Shown piece by piece: positions 14,146-25,749 of a DNA stretch of 64,000 nucleotides. Position 1 is the first letter of the stretch; each line of letters starts with the position of its first letter. This DNA is from Diadema antillarum. Taxonomy: Eukaryota. The notes below the pieces were generated by a model. The model was not told the origin of the DNA. It saw nothing but the letters and a program-made list of their open reading frames with translations, and searched no databases. The stretch is taken from positions 806,001 to 870,000 of the forward strand of contig NW_027272134.1 in NCBI RefSeq assembly GCF_040938485.1, read 5' to 3'. Position numbers and translations under genes: made by a program.

Positions 14146-14356
14146 TACTGTAAAACGAGGAATTTTTGCGTGCACTTTAATTTCGCGAATTTCGCGAGCG
14201 CCAAGATTCGCGAAATTAAAATGCACGCGAAAGTTCCTGTTTACACTATATGCATTGAATGCCAGTGGCACTTCGCGAAAATTTCATGCCACGAAAAAGG
14301 CTGTCAGCTCCAATTCGCGAAAATTTCATGCCGCGAATATATCATGTTTTACAGTA
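14146..14356 (+). mobile_element. 211-bp TA-flanked MITE (TACTGTAAAAC...GTTTTACAGTA family), copy 1
   Basis: Terminal inverted repeats, internal TTCGCGAA palindromes, near-identical to 23391-23601 and 33479-33689. Confidence 0.9.
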
Positions 14357-17300
14357 TATTCTCCAAACCAGTTTTACCAGCAAGCAATGTGCAAGCCATG
14401 TACATACCTTTGTGATCACACACACAAGTCCTAAAAAAAGAAAAGAATATAAGCTTATCTATTCAAGAGGCAAGATTTAAAAAAGAATACTGTCCTACAT
14501 AATAGGGTTAATGGAAAGATGAAAGTATACGAACTGTTCCGATGTGACATTTTACATAATACCCGAACATCCCATAACAAGGTTGGAAATCAAATACAAC
14601 TGTGGGACAATGTGAATCACACTGTACGAGAACTGTTTTACAGAAATTAGCAAAACTTCAAAATGTCATAACTTCCTTATTTTTCATCAGATTTCAGTCA
14701 AATCTTTACTGTTGAACTCATAAGATTTTACTCTCTTTTTTCTTTTATAGATCAGACTAACTCATATTTGGACTGGATTTCCCCTTTAATGAACAGTGTA
14801 TTTGAACATCCTAAAGTGTACTGTATTCGTGCCAGAGGAGCACTTAAACATTGTTAAAGTGTACTGTACAGTGCCAAAAGTGGACCACTTCTTGATGTGC
14901 TCCTTATGCGCATTGTACCATACCGTACTGTGCCAAAGAGTGCTCAAACGCAAAGTGGTCCAAAAGCTGTTGACATAAGAGCGTGTGTAACACACACGTC
15001 ATAATGGAAAGAGTCGATTATCTTTATTGAGGACACCTGTATGTAATATAAACACGGCAGGTGAATGATGCTGTTACTACAGAAAGTGTCGCCCTTCTGG
15101 CTCGAGTCCAAAAATAACTCGTGAGGTATGCTATCTCCACAGAGCATTTGAACGGTCCCAATTTGGCAAAATATGGTACAGTACGGTACAATTCACATCT
15201 GAGTTCACGAACATGGCCAAAGTGAAAAAGTGTTGACAGGTGGGGAAACCTTCCATAATATTTTCGACAAAAAAATGGTATGATAAGCACATTGCTGTGA
15301 AAAGTGGTACACCATTGAAACTTCTCGCACAAACTTCCAGCAACTTGTGGCAAAAAAATATACGTACAGACGATCCAACGTGTCGAGGACAAGACAGAAA
15401 TTATTGGTTCGTGTAGTAGTGCTTGTAATCTACAACAAATCGTCAAACGTTGGTAGAAAAACATACACAAAATATCAAAGTTGAGAGATGAAAATTGAGA
15501 TATGTGTAACAGTTGATTTCCTGCTGGTATTGAGAGTGGAAAATGTTCAAGCAATATCAGTATGGTAAAAGCAACAGAACAAAGACATTTTCATCTTATC
15601 AGCGACCTTCATCTTGACATATGACCTTTGACCACAAACTTTCCACCAATCAGTGACTATAGTGTCACATACCTTGGCATTCCAAACTTATTCCAACTAA
15701 TTGCGGATTGACCTCAAAAGAGAACAATTCTTGGACAGCGGAGTATAATTATACAGTTAGTATGCTGTTCTATTTTGCACACTTTCTCTAGGACTATTTT
15801 GAAGATAACAGTTTCACTGACAACATATGTATGTGGATAATCATGGGAATCACCGCAAGTTTGCATTCAAAAGGAATTCCAAAGCAATAGAGGCAACTCT
15901 GTTAACTCTCCTTTCAGTTACAAGCTTCAATTCATTTTCAGGTCCACATACAATCACAATACACTTGGCATTTGTCTTTTATAACCTGGTATGTCCAATG
16001 ATGGCTACATCTCTATGAAGTTACACTGGTCTGATTGCAGGAAGGAAAAATGTTACAAAAAAAAAACACACAAACAAACAAACACAGACTATCAATACAG
16101 TCTGTGCCCTTTCCCCCCATCTTACCTTTGTCTTATGTTCTTAAATTCTACATACAACCACTGTCCTAACAACAAATTCCATTATGAAGATTGCTTGTCA
16201 GTAGTCACGTACCATTCAAGACAGTGAAACATTTATTCAATGAAAAAAAACAAATCTCCCTGCTGATTAATCTCCATGGCAACTGGTTCCTTTCCAACCA
16301 CCCACCCACTTGCCCATTCTTGTGGTACATGTAACGCAAAATGCCTTCTGTGAAACGATTATTCGTGTCTTTCACTCATACAAAAATAGATATATTACTC
16401 AAGAAAATATTTAACAGCTTCCTTTCATTTTGCCTATAAAGGGCTTCAATGATGTTCATTTTTTTTTTTACAAGTGATGTACAGAGCGAAAGAAAAGCAA
16501 AAATCACCCGCATTAAAGAGATATAAGATTTGTATATATATATATATATATGAATATGACTACTTAAATTCATTCATGCTCTAACAAATGGAGACATAAT
16601 AATCCACTTCTACATCTACACAATAATTCAGACATACTTGCAAAATGCACACACGCACACACTCAAATTACAGACCAAGTCACACCCTAAAAATGAACCT
16701 TGCTATAAGCAAGAACAAGCTAAGTAACCTATCAAAGGAAAGCAAATCTGAGGAAGGAGATGAAAAGGAACTGACGACAAGAGATGAAAGCGAAGCATAT
16801 GAGGTTGAGAATAATGTCATGGAATGCATTCAGTGCAGACTCACATGTCTGCACTGCCCTAACACGGTGGTCTTTCTGTTTTGTTTTGCTTTTTTAATCT
16901 ACCATCATTACGTATAATACACTTACTCCACAGAAGAAGAAAATGTAGCAATGGTAAAAGCAAGTAAAATAGCTATAAACTATCTAGACACATGAAGTGT
17001 TTATGCATGATGATGTATGTATTGCCCCCTTTTGGCTATTAACATTTCACAGTGTCTTTCTTCTTTTCTGTTCTCTTTTTTCATATAGTTTGCCGAGGAC
17101 AGCTCCTATGTAGAAATAAAATTTGTAAAGAATAAAAACATAAAGAACATCCATGTGGTTTTGAATTAGAAGAATGGTATATGAATTCTCTACCTTCCAT
17201 TCCCCTCCCCCCCCCCCCAAAAAAAAAAGAAGAAAAATCATGTTCTGCAAAGAAAAGTGGTTATTACATTGATTGTCTCTTCATGGAACATGGAATAATC

Positions 17301-18255
17301 ATGTGAAAATGGGACAGGCTTGATAAAGACTACTGCCAATGGGGTAGCAATACTGTCCTGTACTGTTTTTACTTAGGCAGATAAAATTACTATAAACATT
17401 TCTTTTAATTTTTTCACCCTACCAAATATGAGTGCAAAGTCACATGACACTTTGAGTGTGTCACATGACCATTCATGGAGAGGATATCAAGACTCCATCC
17501 TCCAGCTTAGTTCTCCAGATGCTCTTGAGCCATTTTTGAGAGAATCCTTTTCCATAAAAGAAGAAGAATACCTGAACTAAAGTTCCCAAAATACTTATAT
17601 TCAATCAAGGGAAATAGAAAGGAAAGAAATAAAGGAAATCCCACAAGCTAGTATTTACAAAGCATCAGAAAAAAAAATCAAAAAACAAAACACAACTCTT
17701 TGTAAATTCACATTGGATTGCCTGCTTATTGTTCATACTGTTTTAAAACTGAAAAAAAACCAACAACAATATTCGCCTGTAATAATTTTTGTACATAACA
17801 TACCCAGCCAATAAGAGCACCTATTTATTACACGGAGAAGTAGTGATTTTTTCCCATTATCTTTTTTTTTTTTTTCTCTTGAGGCATGTACCATCATACA
17901 GGATGCTTTTCAACACCTACCCACATTCTTTGAAATGTGGAAAAGTATTTTAATAACAAGTGGATGCAATAAATTAAAGGTAGAAAGCAAACCTTGATGA
18001 CTGCTTGGCAATTTGAAGGGCTATACTGCACTACTGTATCACAAAAAATATCCTATTACACCTTTTTTTATCATGAAAAAAAAAATCTGTTTACCAACTG
18101 CCAACCTATAAAATATTTCATTTCCAGTGCAAAATGCTATAATAATATCATATATATGTATACATATACATATATACAATGTATAATGCATGTATTACTG
18201 AGTATGATATACATAACACACACACATACAATCATAAGTATATGTGTATATATAT

Positions 18256-18571
18256 GGGCCATGACGCGAGAAAAGGGCCCTTAGCACCGCTGCGCGGAAA
18301 CGCCAGAAAACTGCGCGGAAGTTTGACAAAGCAATACGCGCAAAAAAAGATCAACTGGCTATAACTACGCGCACACGCATAGACGTATCAAAAAGTGACA
18401 GGATTTGGGCAAAACATGTTTTTTTGAATGTCATAATGGGGTCATTTATGATTGGAATTTCAGAAAAAGGTTTGCATAACTAAATGCGTCAGAGTTTCTT
18501 CTACAATGTGGAGGTAAAACCTCATTTTCGGTATGTAATGCCCTAAGGGCCCTTTTCTCGCGTCACGGCCC
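18256..18571. mobile_element. 316-bp MITE with 28-bp TIRs inserted in a (TA)n tract
   Basis: gggccatgacgcgagaaaagggccctta / taagggcccttttctcgcgtcacggccc, flanked by tata on both sides. Confidence 0.85.
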
Positions 18572-18665
18572 ATATATATAACATACAAAAACCTAGAAAT
18601 AATACATACGGTACACATCCTAACTATACATCACACAAACGCACACACATACACACAAACACATT

Positions 18666-18893
18666 TCAGAAGTCATCTAGACACTCCTCCGTCACACCCT
18701 GCGATGCCAGCTCGCCCAGGACGTTGGAGAAGTAGTTTGGGTCCGGGTAGCCGTGGCCCGTCACGTTGGACCCAAACTCGGTCTTGTGGTGGATCTCGTT
18801 CCAGACCACGGTGTTGGGCTCGCCCGTCGTGACCGACGTCCCTATCGTGAACGTCAGCCGTCTGTCCCACGCCACGATCAGGAGCCGCAGGAT
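18666..18893 (-). CDS. DTX: Deltex last coding exon (DTC C-terminus, TGA stop)
   Basis: gtctccag|ATC. Encodes [75 protein letters not shown], the diagnostic Deltex C-terminus ([19 protein letters not shown]). Confidence 0.97.
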   Translation of the reverse strand: MLRLLIVAWDRRLTFTIGTSVTTGEPNTVVWNEIHHKTEFGSNVTGHGYPDPNYFSNVLGELASQGVTEECLDDF

Positions 18894-18935
18894 CTGGAGA
18901 CAACACCAGAGAGATAATTTAGGGGCTTTCCTTAA

Positions 18936-19567
18936 AGTGAAAACAGAGTTCTGGTAAGGGTTTGAGAACCCGTCTTGCACCATTTCTTATTTGCTTGCAA
19001 TATATTGAAAGAGTCTACCAAGAAACTTACCTGGCTGATGCGATTTGCCGGGATGATGAGTTGTTTTGGAATATTTTGAGATCAAAAATAAAAGTCAGTA
19101 TACCAACTTTACTCCAGAAGGATCCACGCTAACTCGGTCTCAGAGACAACTCAGCCCTATTTCAGACAATTTACTCGCAGTTCATGAGCGCCATATTTCA
19201 TACACATTAATTTTGTATGCGAGCCAAAGAGGTTCTTTGATGTGCGCGTTGTATCAACTTGGCCCATAACTGCGACCAGCCAAAATGCGAAGCGCTCCCA
19301 TAGTGCAACACTGTACAATCCAGAGGGACAACTCAGCCCTACCGTCAATTAAAGCGAGGCCAAGTTGTCCCCGGGTCCAAATTAGCCTGACCCCGTTCTG
19401 AGATTGCGACTCTGGCAAACCTTTTTGGTTAATATTTCGCATTTTCATCGTTATCCAACGAATATCTTGTTATTACAGTGCTATTCCACACATTTCTAAG
19501 GCATATGTGTAAATTTTTGGAGCGAAATTTGACAATTCCGCAGGTGTACCAGAACTATGTTTTAACT
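18936..19567. mobile_element. Kolobok-like non-autonomous element (TTAA-flanked)
   Basis: ttaa|agtgaaaacagagttctggta ... taccagaactatgttttaact|ttaa. The TTAA target with purine-starting ends fits Kolobok. Confidence 0.75.
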
Positions 19568-20234
19568 TTAAATACAACTGCATCATTGCTATTCAATCTA
19601 TAAAAATAAAAAAAAATAAAAATCTGTATCCACAATAACAAATGACAATTCTTGACCCAATTTGCAAACACATATCTGGCATTAATTCATATACTTTGGA
19701 TAAATGTACAAATACATTGTATGTACACACACAAATCACACAGACATATATGTATATGTACACACGCACTCTCTCAATCGACATCATAGAACATACAGCT
19801 TAATGTTACCAATCTGTCATTTGAAAAACCAAATCACTACATGAAAAGGTAAAGATATTAGCTATTCAGATTAGTCTCATGAGACTGAGTTATTCAACTG
19901 AATGAAAGAAGTTTCAGATACATTGCTTACACCAAATACTCACAAAGAATGAAACTTTGTCTAAAGCACATACAATAAAAAAAAGAATCAACATTATAAT
20001 GAGTCTAGGACCAGGGGGAAAAAATCATTAAAATAATGCCTAATATGACTGCAAAACTATGTTAGCCATTTCTCTAGGACCTACAGGGACGATCTGAGAT
20101 TTTTTTTTGGAAAAAATCAGAAATCAAAATTTTCAGGTGATTTTGATACATGAAAACAGCAAAATGTGTAGACTTGAGAAAAAATAAAATCTGAAATCAC
20201 ACTTAAATCTATAGCAAATCATGCCTGGACCTAC

Positions 20235-20324
20235 CTTCCTTCCCATTTCGTTATCTGGTAGATAGCACATTCTGGGGAATCCCCTAGACGTGTACCGCTT
20301 CCCTGGACTCGGATGCTCAGGACC
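20235..20324 (-). CDS. DTX: Deltex DTC domain exon (90 nt)
   Basis: ccgtgtag|GGT ... AGGAAG|gtaggt. Encodes [30 protein letters not shown] (Deltex GPEHP.PG..Y..RGFPR.CYLPD...GRK). Confidence 0.97.
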
Positions 20325-20686
20325 CTACACGGAACGAGAAACGTGTAATGTCAGAAGAAAATTGCCCACTGTAATATTCAAACACCATGAAATCAAGCTT
20401 AATTAATACATTGTCTATGTGACCCTCCACATTTTGAGCTTTTTCATTCTTGTCCTGCAAAACTAAAAAGCAATCAAACAAACAAAACAAACAAGCTCCC
20501 AAAACTTGCAGAATCAATAGCAGCACTTAAAAGTTCATAAAATTCTCAATTTGTAAATACATTTCCTCAACAAAAATCACATAATGAATAGACTTCGATC
20601 ACATCTCCAGTTCAACTTCAATCACTGAATAAAGTTTTCTGCTTGGTGACTGAGGAACTCTGTTCATATGTCACAGACATGACATA

Positions 20687-21224
20687 ATTACCTCTGCCAA
20701 GGGAGGAGGTTATGTTTTCGTTTCCGTTGGTTTGTTTGTTGGTTAGTTAGTTAGTTGCTGTAGTTAGTTCGTTAGTTTGTCCGTGTGCAAAATAACTCAA
20801 AAAGTAGTCAACGGACTGGAATGAAACTTGCAGAAAAGGTTGAGAATGACGCAAGTAACAAACGATTAACTTTTGGTAGTGATCCGAGAATTTTTGGGGG
20901 AAATCATGAAGGATTTTTTATATTTTGGCAGGTAGGGTCAATGAACTTGGGAGTTCAGGCTGCGCGTATTTGAGGTTTGCATATGCGGACTTAAGTGTGT
21001 GCTCTAGTTTCTGCTAGGGTGAGGCGCGCCGTGCAGCTGAGGGTTTATGACGTAACAAAGGCTTCTATATTGGGAAATCGGGCGACTTTTCATGCACACA
21101 ATGTTGTAAGTACGTAGGGCCTATGGATGGAAATCACTGATATCTCTATGGAAGAACAAGATCAGTGGTGGAAATGAGCTGCGTGCGTGGTGGAGGTCTG
21201 TGCTCTCAGAGTGCTTTTCTAGTT
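20687..21224 (+). mobile_element. Helentron-associated / DINE-1-like non-autonomous element
   Basis: 5' hairpin ttacctctgccaagggaggaggt, a (GTTA/GTTT)n microsatellite, subterminal inverted ggtggagg, and end ctagtt. A 3' fragment recurs near 34040-34080. Confidence 0.65.
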
Positions 21225-21299
21225 ATTACATGGTATGGTATTAAGCAACAGACCTATCGCTCAATGGATACGGGAAAATAAACTGACGCTGGGACTGAC

Positions 21300-21461
21300 C
21301 TGGGTTCCTGGCGGTATATTGTAGATGATGCGTATTGTGCCACAGGTGGAGAAAGCCGGTAGGGAGTGTGGTATAACGTGGTAGTCCATGGTCCCCGGCG
21401 GCTGGTTGCCACACTTGACCCCGTATATGGCCTTGCAGGTTGGACACTGCAAACTGCCGTC
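21300..21461 (-). CDS. DTX: Deltex exon: end of RING and start of the DTC domain (162 nt)
   Basis: tttcacag|GAC ... ACCCAG|gtcagt. Encodes DGSLQCPTCKAIYGVKCGNQPPGTMDYHVIPHSLPAFSTCGTIRIIYNIPPGTQ, a hallmark Deltex sequence. Confidence 0.97.
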
Positions 21462-21848
21462 CTGTGAAATATTGACAGTAAGCATCATAATCAACATCTT
21501 GTCGGAAGAATCTACAGAAGTCATCATAATCATCGTCATCAGGCTCCTCCTCCTCCTCCTTTTCCTCCCCTCCTTCTTTTTTTTTCTCCTTGTTTTGTTT
21601 GACACGATATGTCCACATGACACTAGTGGCTGACTATCAACTAGTTGCCTGGACTAGAATGCAGTGGGTAACTATCATTTACCCGTATCCTGGAAGCTGT
21701 GTGCAATAGAGCAACATCAAGATGCAAACATTCACTAACCATAATCAAGAAGGCTTCATGGAGAAATCCGGGAGATACTCAAGTGTCAATCCATCCTGAC
21801 AGCAGAAAACACAGCCCAACTTGGGGAGAATTCTATATTGTCTTTTAA

Positions 21849-22527
21849 CCCTAAAAAGGCCGGGGGGGTTGCCCTCGACATTTTTCGCGACTACTCCGCC
21901 GTGCGAAATTTTTTGACCGCGCCGTTCACTGACTTTTTACTTTCAAGTCTCGCACATCTTTTGACATCATTTTCGCGAAAATCGCTTCTCCTGTTATGAC
22001 GCTGCACGACCTTTTATACATGCCTGTCAGACCGAAAATGGCTCAAAAACGTGATTTTGTGTAGAAAGTCTATGCAAATGGAGTTTTCTCACCTTATTCA
22101 CAAAGATATGATTATTTTCACTTTCAACGGCTGAACTCAATTATTTTCAGCATGATTATGCTTGAAATAGGTTCTGTCATAAATTTTGTTTAAAAAAATG
22201 GAAAAAACAAAAGGTCGAAAAACAAGGAAATACATAAGAAATTCATAAAACAATAAAATACTTAAGAAATTAGTTTTGATACCAGATTTTTTTTCAAGTA
22301 CATTGTTAGGAATGCTACAAGGAATAATGTAATCAAAAATTAGGATGCCATTAGCTTTATTTTCTGAATTAAAGCAAAATTCATGATTTCACGCATATTA
22401 ATTAATATAAAATATAAAAAATGAACAATTCAATTTTTTCTTTTACAGTTTGGTAGATTACGTGACAGGTAATGAATCAACCCTCCCCCAGCCACAGAAC
22501 ACCCCAAAAAGCCCGGCCTGGTTAGGG
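21849..22527. mobile_element. piggyBac-like non-autonomous element
   Basis: TTAA|CCCTAAAAAGGCCGGG ... CCCGGCCTGGTTAGGG|TTAA. Confidence 0.85.
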
Positions 22528-22563
22528 TTAAGGACATTTAGGTAAAGATATCTAATTATTCAT

Positions 22564-22979
22564 GATGCTTCCTGCAAAATCAGGGACACTTGGTAGCTCT
22601 GATAATGCTCCTTTAATATCTTCTTGTTTTATACAATTCATTTATTGTGACAGTAGATAACTTCAGTTTTGTTTTGTTTTTTTGCGGAGCCTAGCACTCT
22701 ATGCCATAAAAAATCATCTTCCTACCTAAATGAGTGAATGGATGAATACACAAATAAGTGAATAAATGGATGAGAGGCACAAAAGAAAGAAATGAATTCC
22801 TGCGAGGACAGGCAACCATTTTTTTTTTTTTTTTTTTTTGATGTAGAGTGCTAGGCTCCACAAAAAACAACAACAACTGAAGTTGTCTACTGTCACAATA
22901 AATGAATTGTATAAAACAAGAAGATATTAAAGGAGCATTATCAGAGCTACCAAGTGTCCCTGATTTTGCAGGAGGCATC
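22564..22979. repeat. Foldback inverted repeat, ~137-bp arms with ~140-bp spacer
   Basis: 22564-22701 is the reverse complement of 22844-22979 with few mismatches. Confidence 0.9.
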
Positions 22980-23390
22980 GTTAATTAGTTTAATCTTATC
23001 TGTTTAAATTTATCTAGATATATATTTATATCTTTTTTTTTCTGATACACAAGAAATGTATCTACACTTTTCAAGAAAGCGTATTTTGCCTTGAGATTTT
23101 GCATAATATTGCATTATAAATTAATATTTCATGAGCTTATTATAATTTTGTATTTATATGATATGTAATCTTCCACTTTTTCTTTCTTTCTTTTCCATAC
23201 CTCTTTATAACTGGTCCCCATGGAAGACCAGCGGCACCAGAAAAGTGCAGCTGATTATGGGCTATCCAGCCATTATCTTTCTATAATCCTACATTCTATT
23301 CTTTTTGTATATCGATGATGTGTCACGCTATTCATTTGCCATGTATGTATGCTTCATTTTTATGCATGATGTATCATTTTCCTTGTACTA

Positions 23391-23601
23391 TACTGTAAAA
23401 CAAGGAATTTTCGCGTGCACTTTAATTTCGCGAATTTCGCGAGCGCCAAGATTCGCGAAATTAAAATGCACGCGAAAGTTCTTGTTTACATTATATGCAT
23501 TGACCGCCAGTGGCACTTCTCGAAAATTTCATGCCATGAAAAAGGCTGTCAGCTCCAATTCGCGAAAATTTCATGCCGCGAATATATCATGTTTTACAGT
23601 A
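23391..23601 (+). mobile_element. 211-bp TA-flanked MITE, copy 2
   Basis: Same length and sequence family as 14146-14356. Confidence 0.9.
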
Positions 23602-23669
23602 TATGTTGTCTTTTATATCTGTATGTATGTTTATGATGGAAATAAAACAAACAAACAAACAAACCATAC

Positions 23670-23819
23670 CTTTGGACCACTGTTGTACATGGCATGGAGA
23701 CAGCTCTGGTGAAAGAGATGACTGCACCTCTCCAGCTTGACCACACGGTCACTCTCCTCCTCCTCCTCCTCGGTGTAGTGGGAGGAGCTTCCCAGCTTCT
23801 CAAAGCAGATGGGACATTC
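23670..23819 (-). CDS. DTX: Deltex RING-H2 exon (150 nt)
   Basis: tatgcag|GAA ... CCAAAG|gtatgg. Encodes ECPICFEKLGSSSHYTEEEEEESDRVVKLERCSHLFHQSCLHAMYNSGPK (CxxC ... CxHxxHxxC). Confidence 0.96.
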
Positions 23820-23908
23820 CTGCATAGTGCGGACCAATCATCAACACGTTAAAACGTTGCATCCTAAATGTTACATGTTATGTGTTTACATGCCAAGTAT
23901 GACGCTCT

Positions 23909-24074
23909 CAGTGGCGGATCCAGAGGGGGGTGCACCAGGCATGCGCCCCTCTTTATTTTTTGTTAAAACAAATGAAATAAAAAGAAAAAAAATTGGGGGT
24001 ATGTGCACCCCCCCCCCCCACCTTTAATTTTGTAAAGGCGCCTCCCCTTTACGGGATTCCTGGATCCGCCCCTG
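23909..24074. mobile_element. hAT-like MITE (CAGTGGCGGATCCAG...CTGGATCCGCCCCTG)
   Basis: 15-bp imperfect TIR; flanks cgctct / cactct. Confidence 0.8.
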
Positions 24075-25687
24075 CACTCTGATGAAAAGGTTACATTGCA
24101 TTACAACTGTCATGCCTGGTCACTAATGAACAGAACTTGTCACAGATAACCAAAAATCTCTACCTGTAAATGTCAGGTTATTTCTTCTGCATATATGGTG
24201 GCAACACATTATGACTGTTCCAGACCAATATTTCATAAAATGAGAGTGATTTTTAAGAATAGAATTGATTTATGTTCATATACCTAGTTGGTAAGGGATA
24301 TAACAATTCTTTTAAATATCAAACATTTGATTGCTTTCATTTTGTATACACTTTTGAACATGTATGGGAACTAGACCTTTCTATCATTTGGATCTCTGTT
24401 CCAGAATAGTTTTTTTTTCATTATTATCTATTACTCACCATGTTGCAACATGTGCTTGAGCCCCATTCCCCCCCACCCCCCACCCCTTTAAAAGCTTTCA
24501 GCAAAATTTGCCTAAAGGTATTTCTATCCTCATCTGTAAAAAGTCCTGTCATACCGTCACTCTGAACTACATCTAATGTAGAAATCATTAGACATTTCTC
24601 ACTTGATTGCGTTGCCTGATAGAAACATTTCGAGTCGTGAGACACATTATAAACTGAGATGAATGGAAGGGAGCAGAGATGACTGAAAGCACATAAGTAC
24701 AGTACTTGGTAAATTTATATTTGATGCAGATAACTTTTCTAATTTGAAATGCTTAATACACTCCTCTCATGAAGTCAGATTCAGTTTGACTCTGTACCAA
24801 ACAGTGAGAGTTTGGTATCGTAACTGTCTCTTTTTCGAATTTCAGTTTCTCTATGGTTTGAGATTCAGAATTATTGAGATTTTCATGACGCATGCTACTT
24901 CTGTCTTTTGTAATGCCCCATTACATTTAAGTGTCCAAACTCTGGCATGCCTGCTTGCCAGCGTGCAAACTTCAGAGCCATTGATCCCAAAGTAGTGTTT
25001 ATCTGGTGGTTGGATATCTGACCATTTCTTTGGTAGCTTTGATGGAAATGAAGTGGACCAAGTTGCGTCTAACTGGAAAGCAAAGAGCCTAGTGACTCTA
25101 CACAACATTATAATCAGAAATCTGATTTTGGTGACTTCATCAGGCTTTGGTGGTGACTAGCCACAATTGGTGGATTTCCAAAATGTGTTCAATGGTTTTA
25201 ACACCTTGGTATGGTGCTAATTATAAATGCGTCAAAATACAAGCGAATTCACTGCCAAAAAAGAAACCATACACTGTAAACTGCATTTTGGTTTGGCACA
25301 GGTCCGTACCACAGCTTATGGAGACCTCGGCAATACATCAGAATCCACAGTACTGTTCCCCTGAAACTAGAAATAGCTGCTCGCGGTGCCACATTTTCTC
25401 TGTACACCAATAATTTCTGCATCCCCCCCAGCTTTTCATTCCCCATAAGGAAATATACGGGACATTGCCATGTTATGCTATTTTAATTCTATGATAGTTG
25501 GTAACTTCAAACTCATCAAATAGTTCCCTACTTAATGTCAGTCGCTTTCCTTGCCCTGTTAGATGCAATAACACACAATGCTGTAGGTTAGATGCACACC
25601 AGTCAGACATACTGTACATTGTACATGTACATTGATGCTAATACACATTTGGATGAATGGTCCTAGCACCTCATTTTCTTTTCCTAC

Positions 25688-25749
25688 CTCATCTGGTGGC
25701 TTTTCCTCCTTCTCCACGTATTTGCATACAACTTCCTCTGCTGTTTGGC
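25688..25749 (-). CDS. DTX: Deltex internal exon (62 nt) just before the RING
   Basis: tttttacag|GC ... GATGAG|gtagga. Encodes GQTAEEVVCKYVEKEEKPPDE, matching Deltex 'E.VV.RY...V..PPDE'. Confidence 0.9.

Larger units (their letters stand above)
10599..18665 (-). other. Putative long (up to ~8 kb) Deltex 3'UTR
   Basis: No further coding exons after the stop. The minus strand is U-rich here, with several AATAAA hexamers on the minus strand, e.g. 10599-10604. The true end is not determinable from sequence. Confidence 0.35.

Noticed and set aside
14840-14940. TTTGGCAC on the minus strand, the 5' end of miR-96
   Set aside because: The following bases do not match miR-96/182/183 and no hairpin partner is visible.
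23305-23712. Recurrent ORFs of the MHFNFANFASAKIREIKMHAK type (14170, 23415, 33284-33780)
   Set aside because: Translations of the same 211-bp non-coding MITE, not a gene family.
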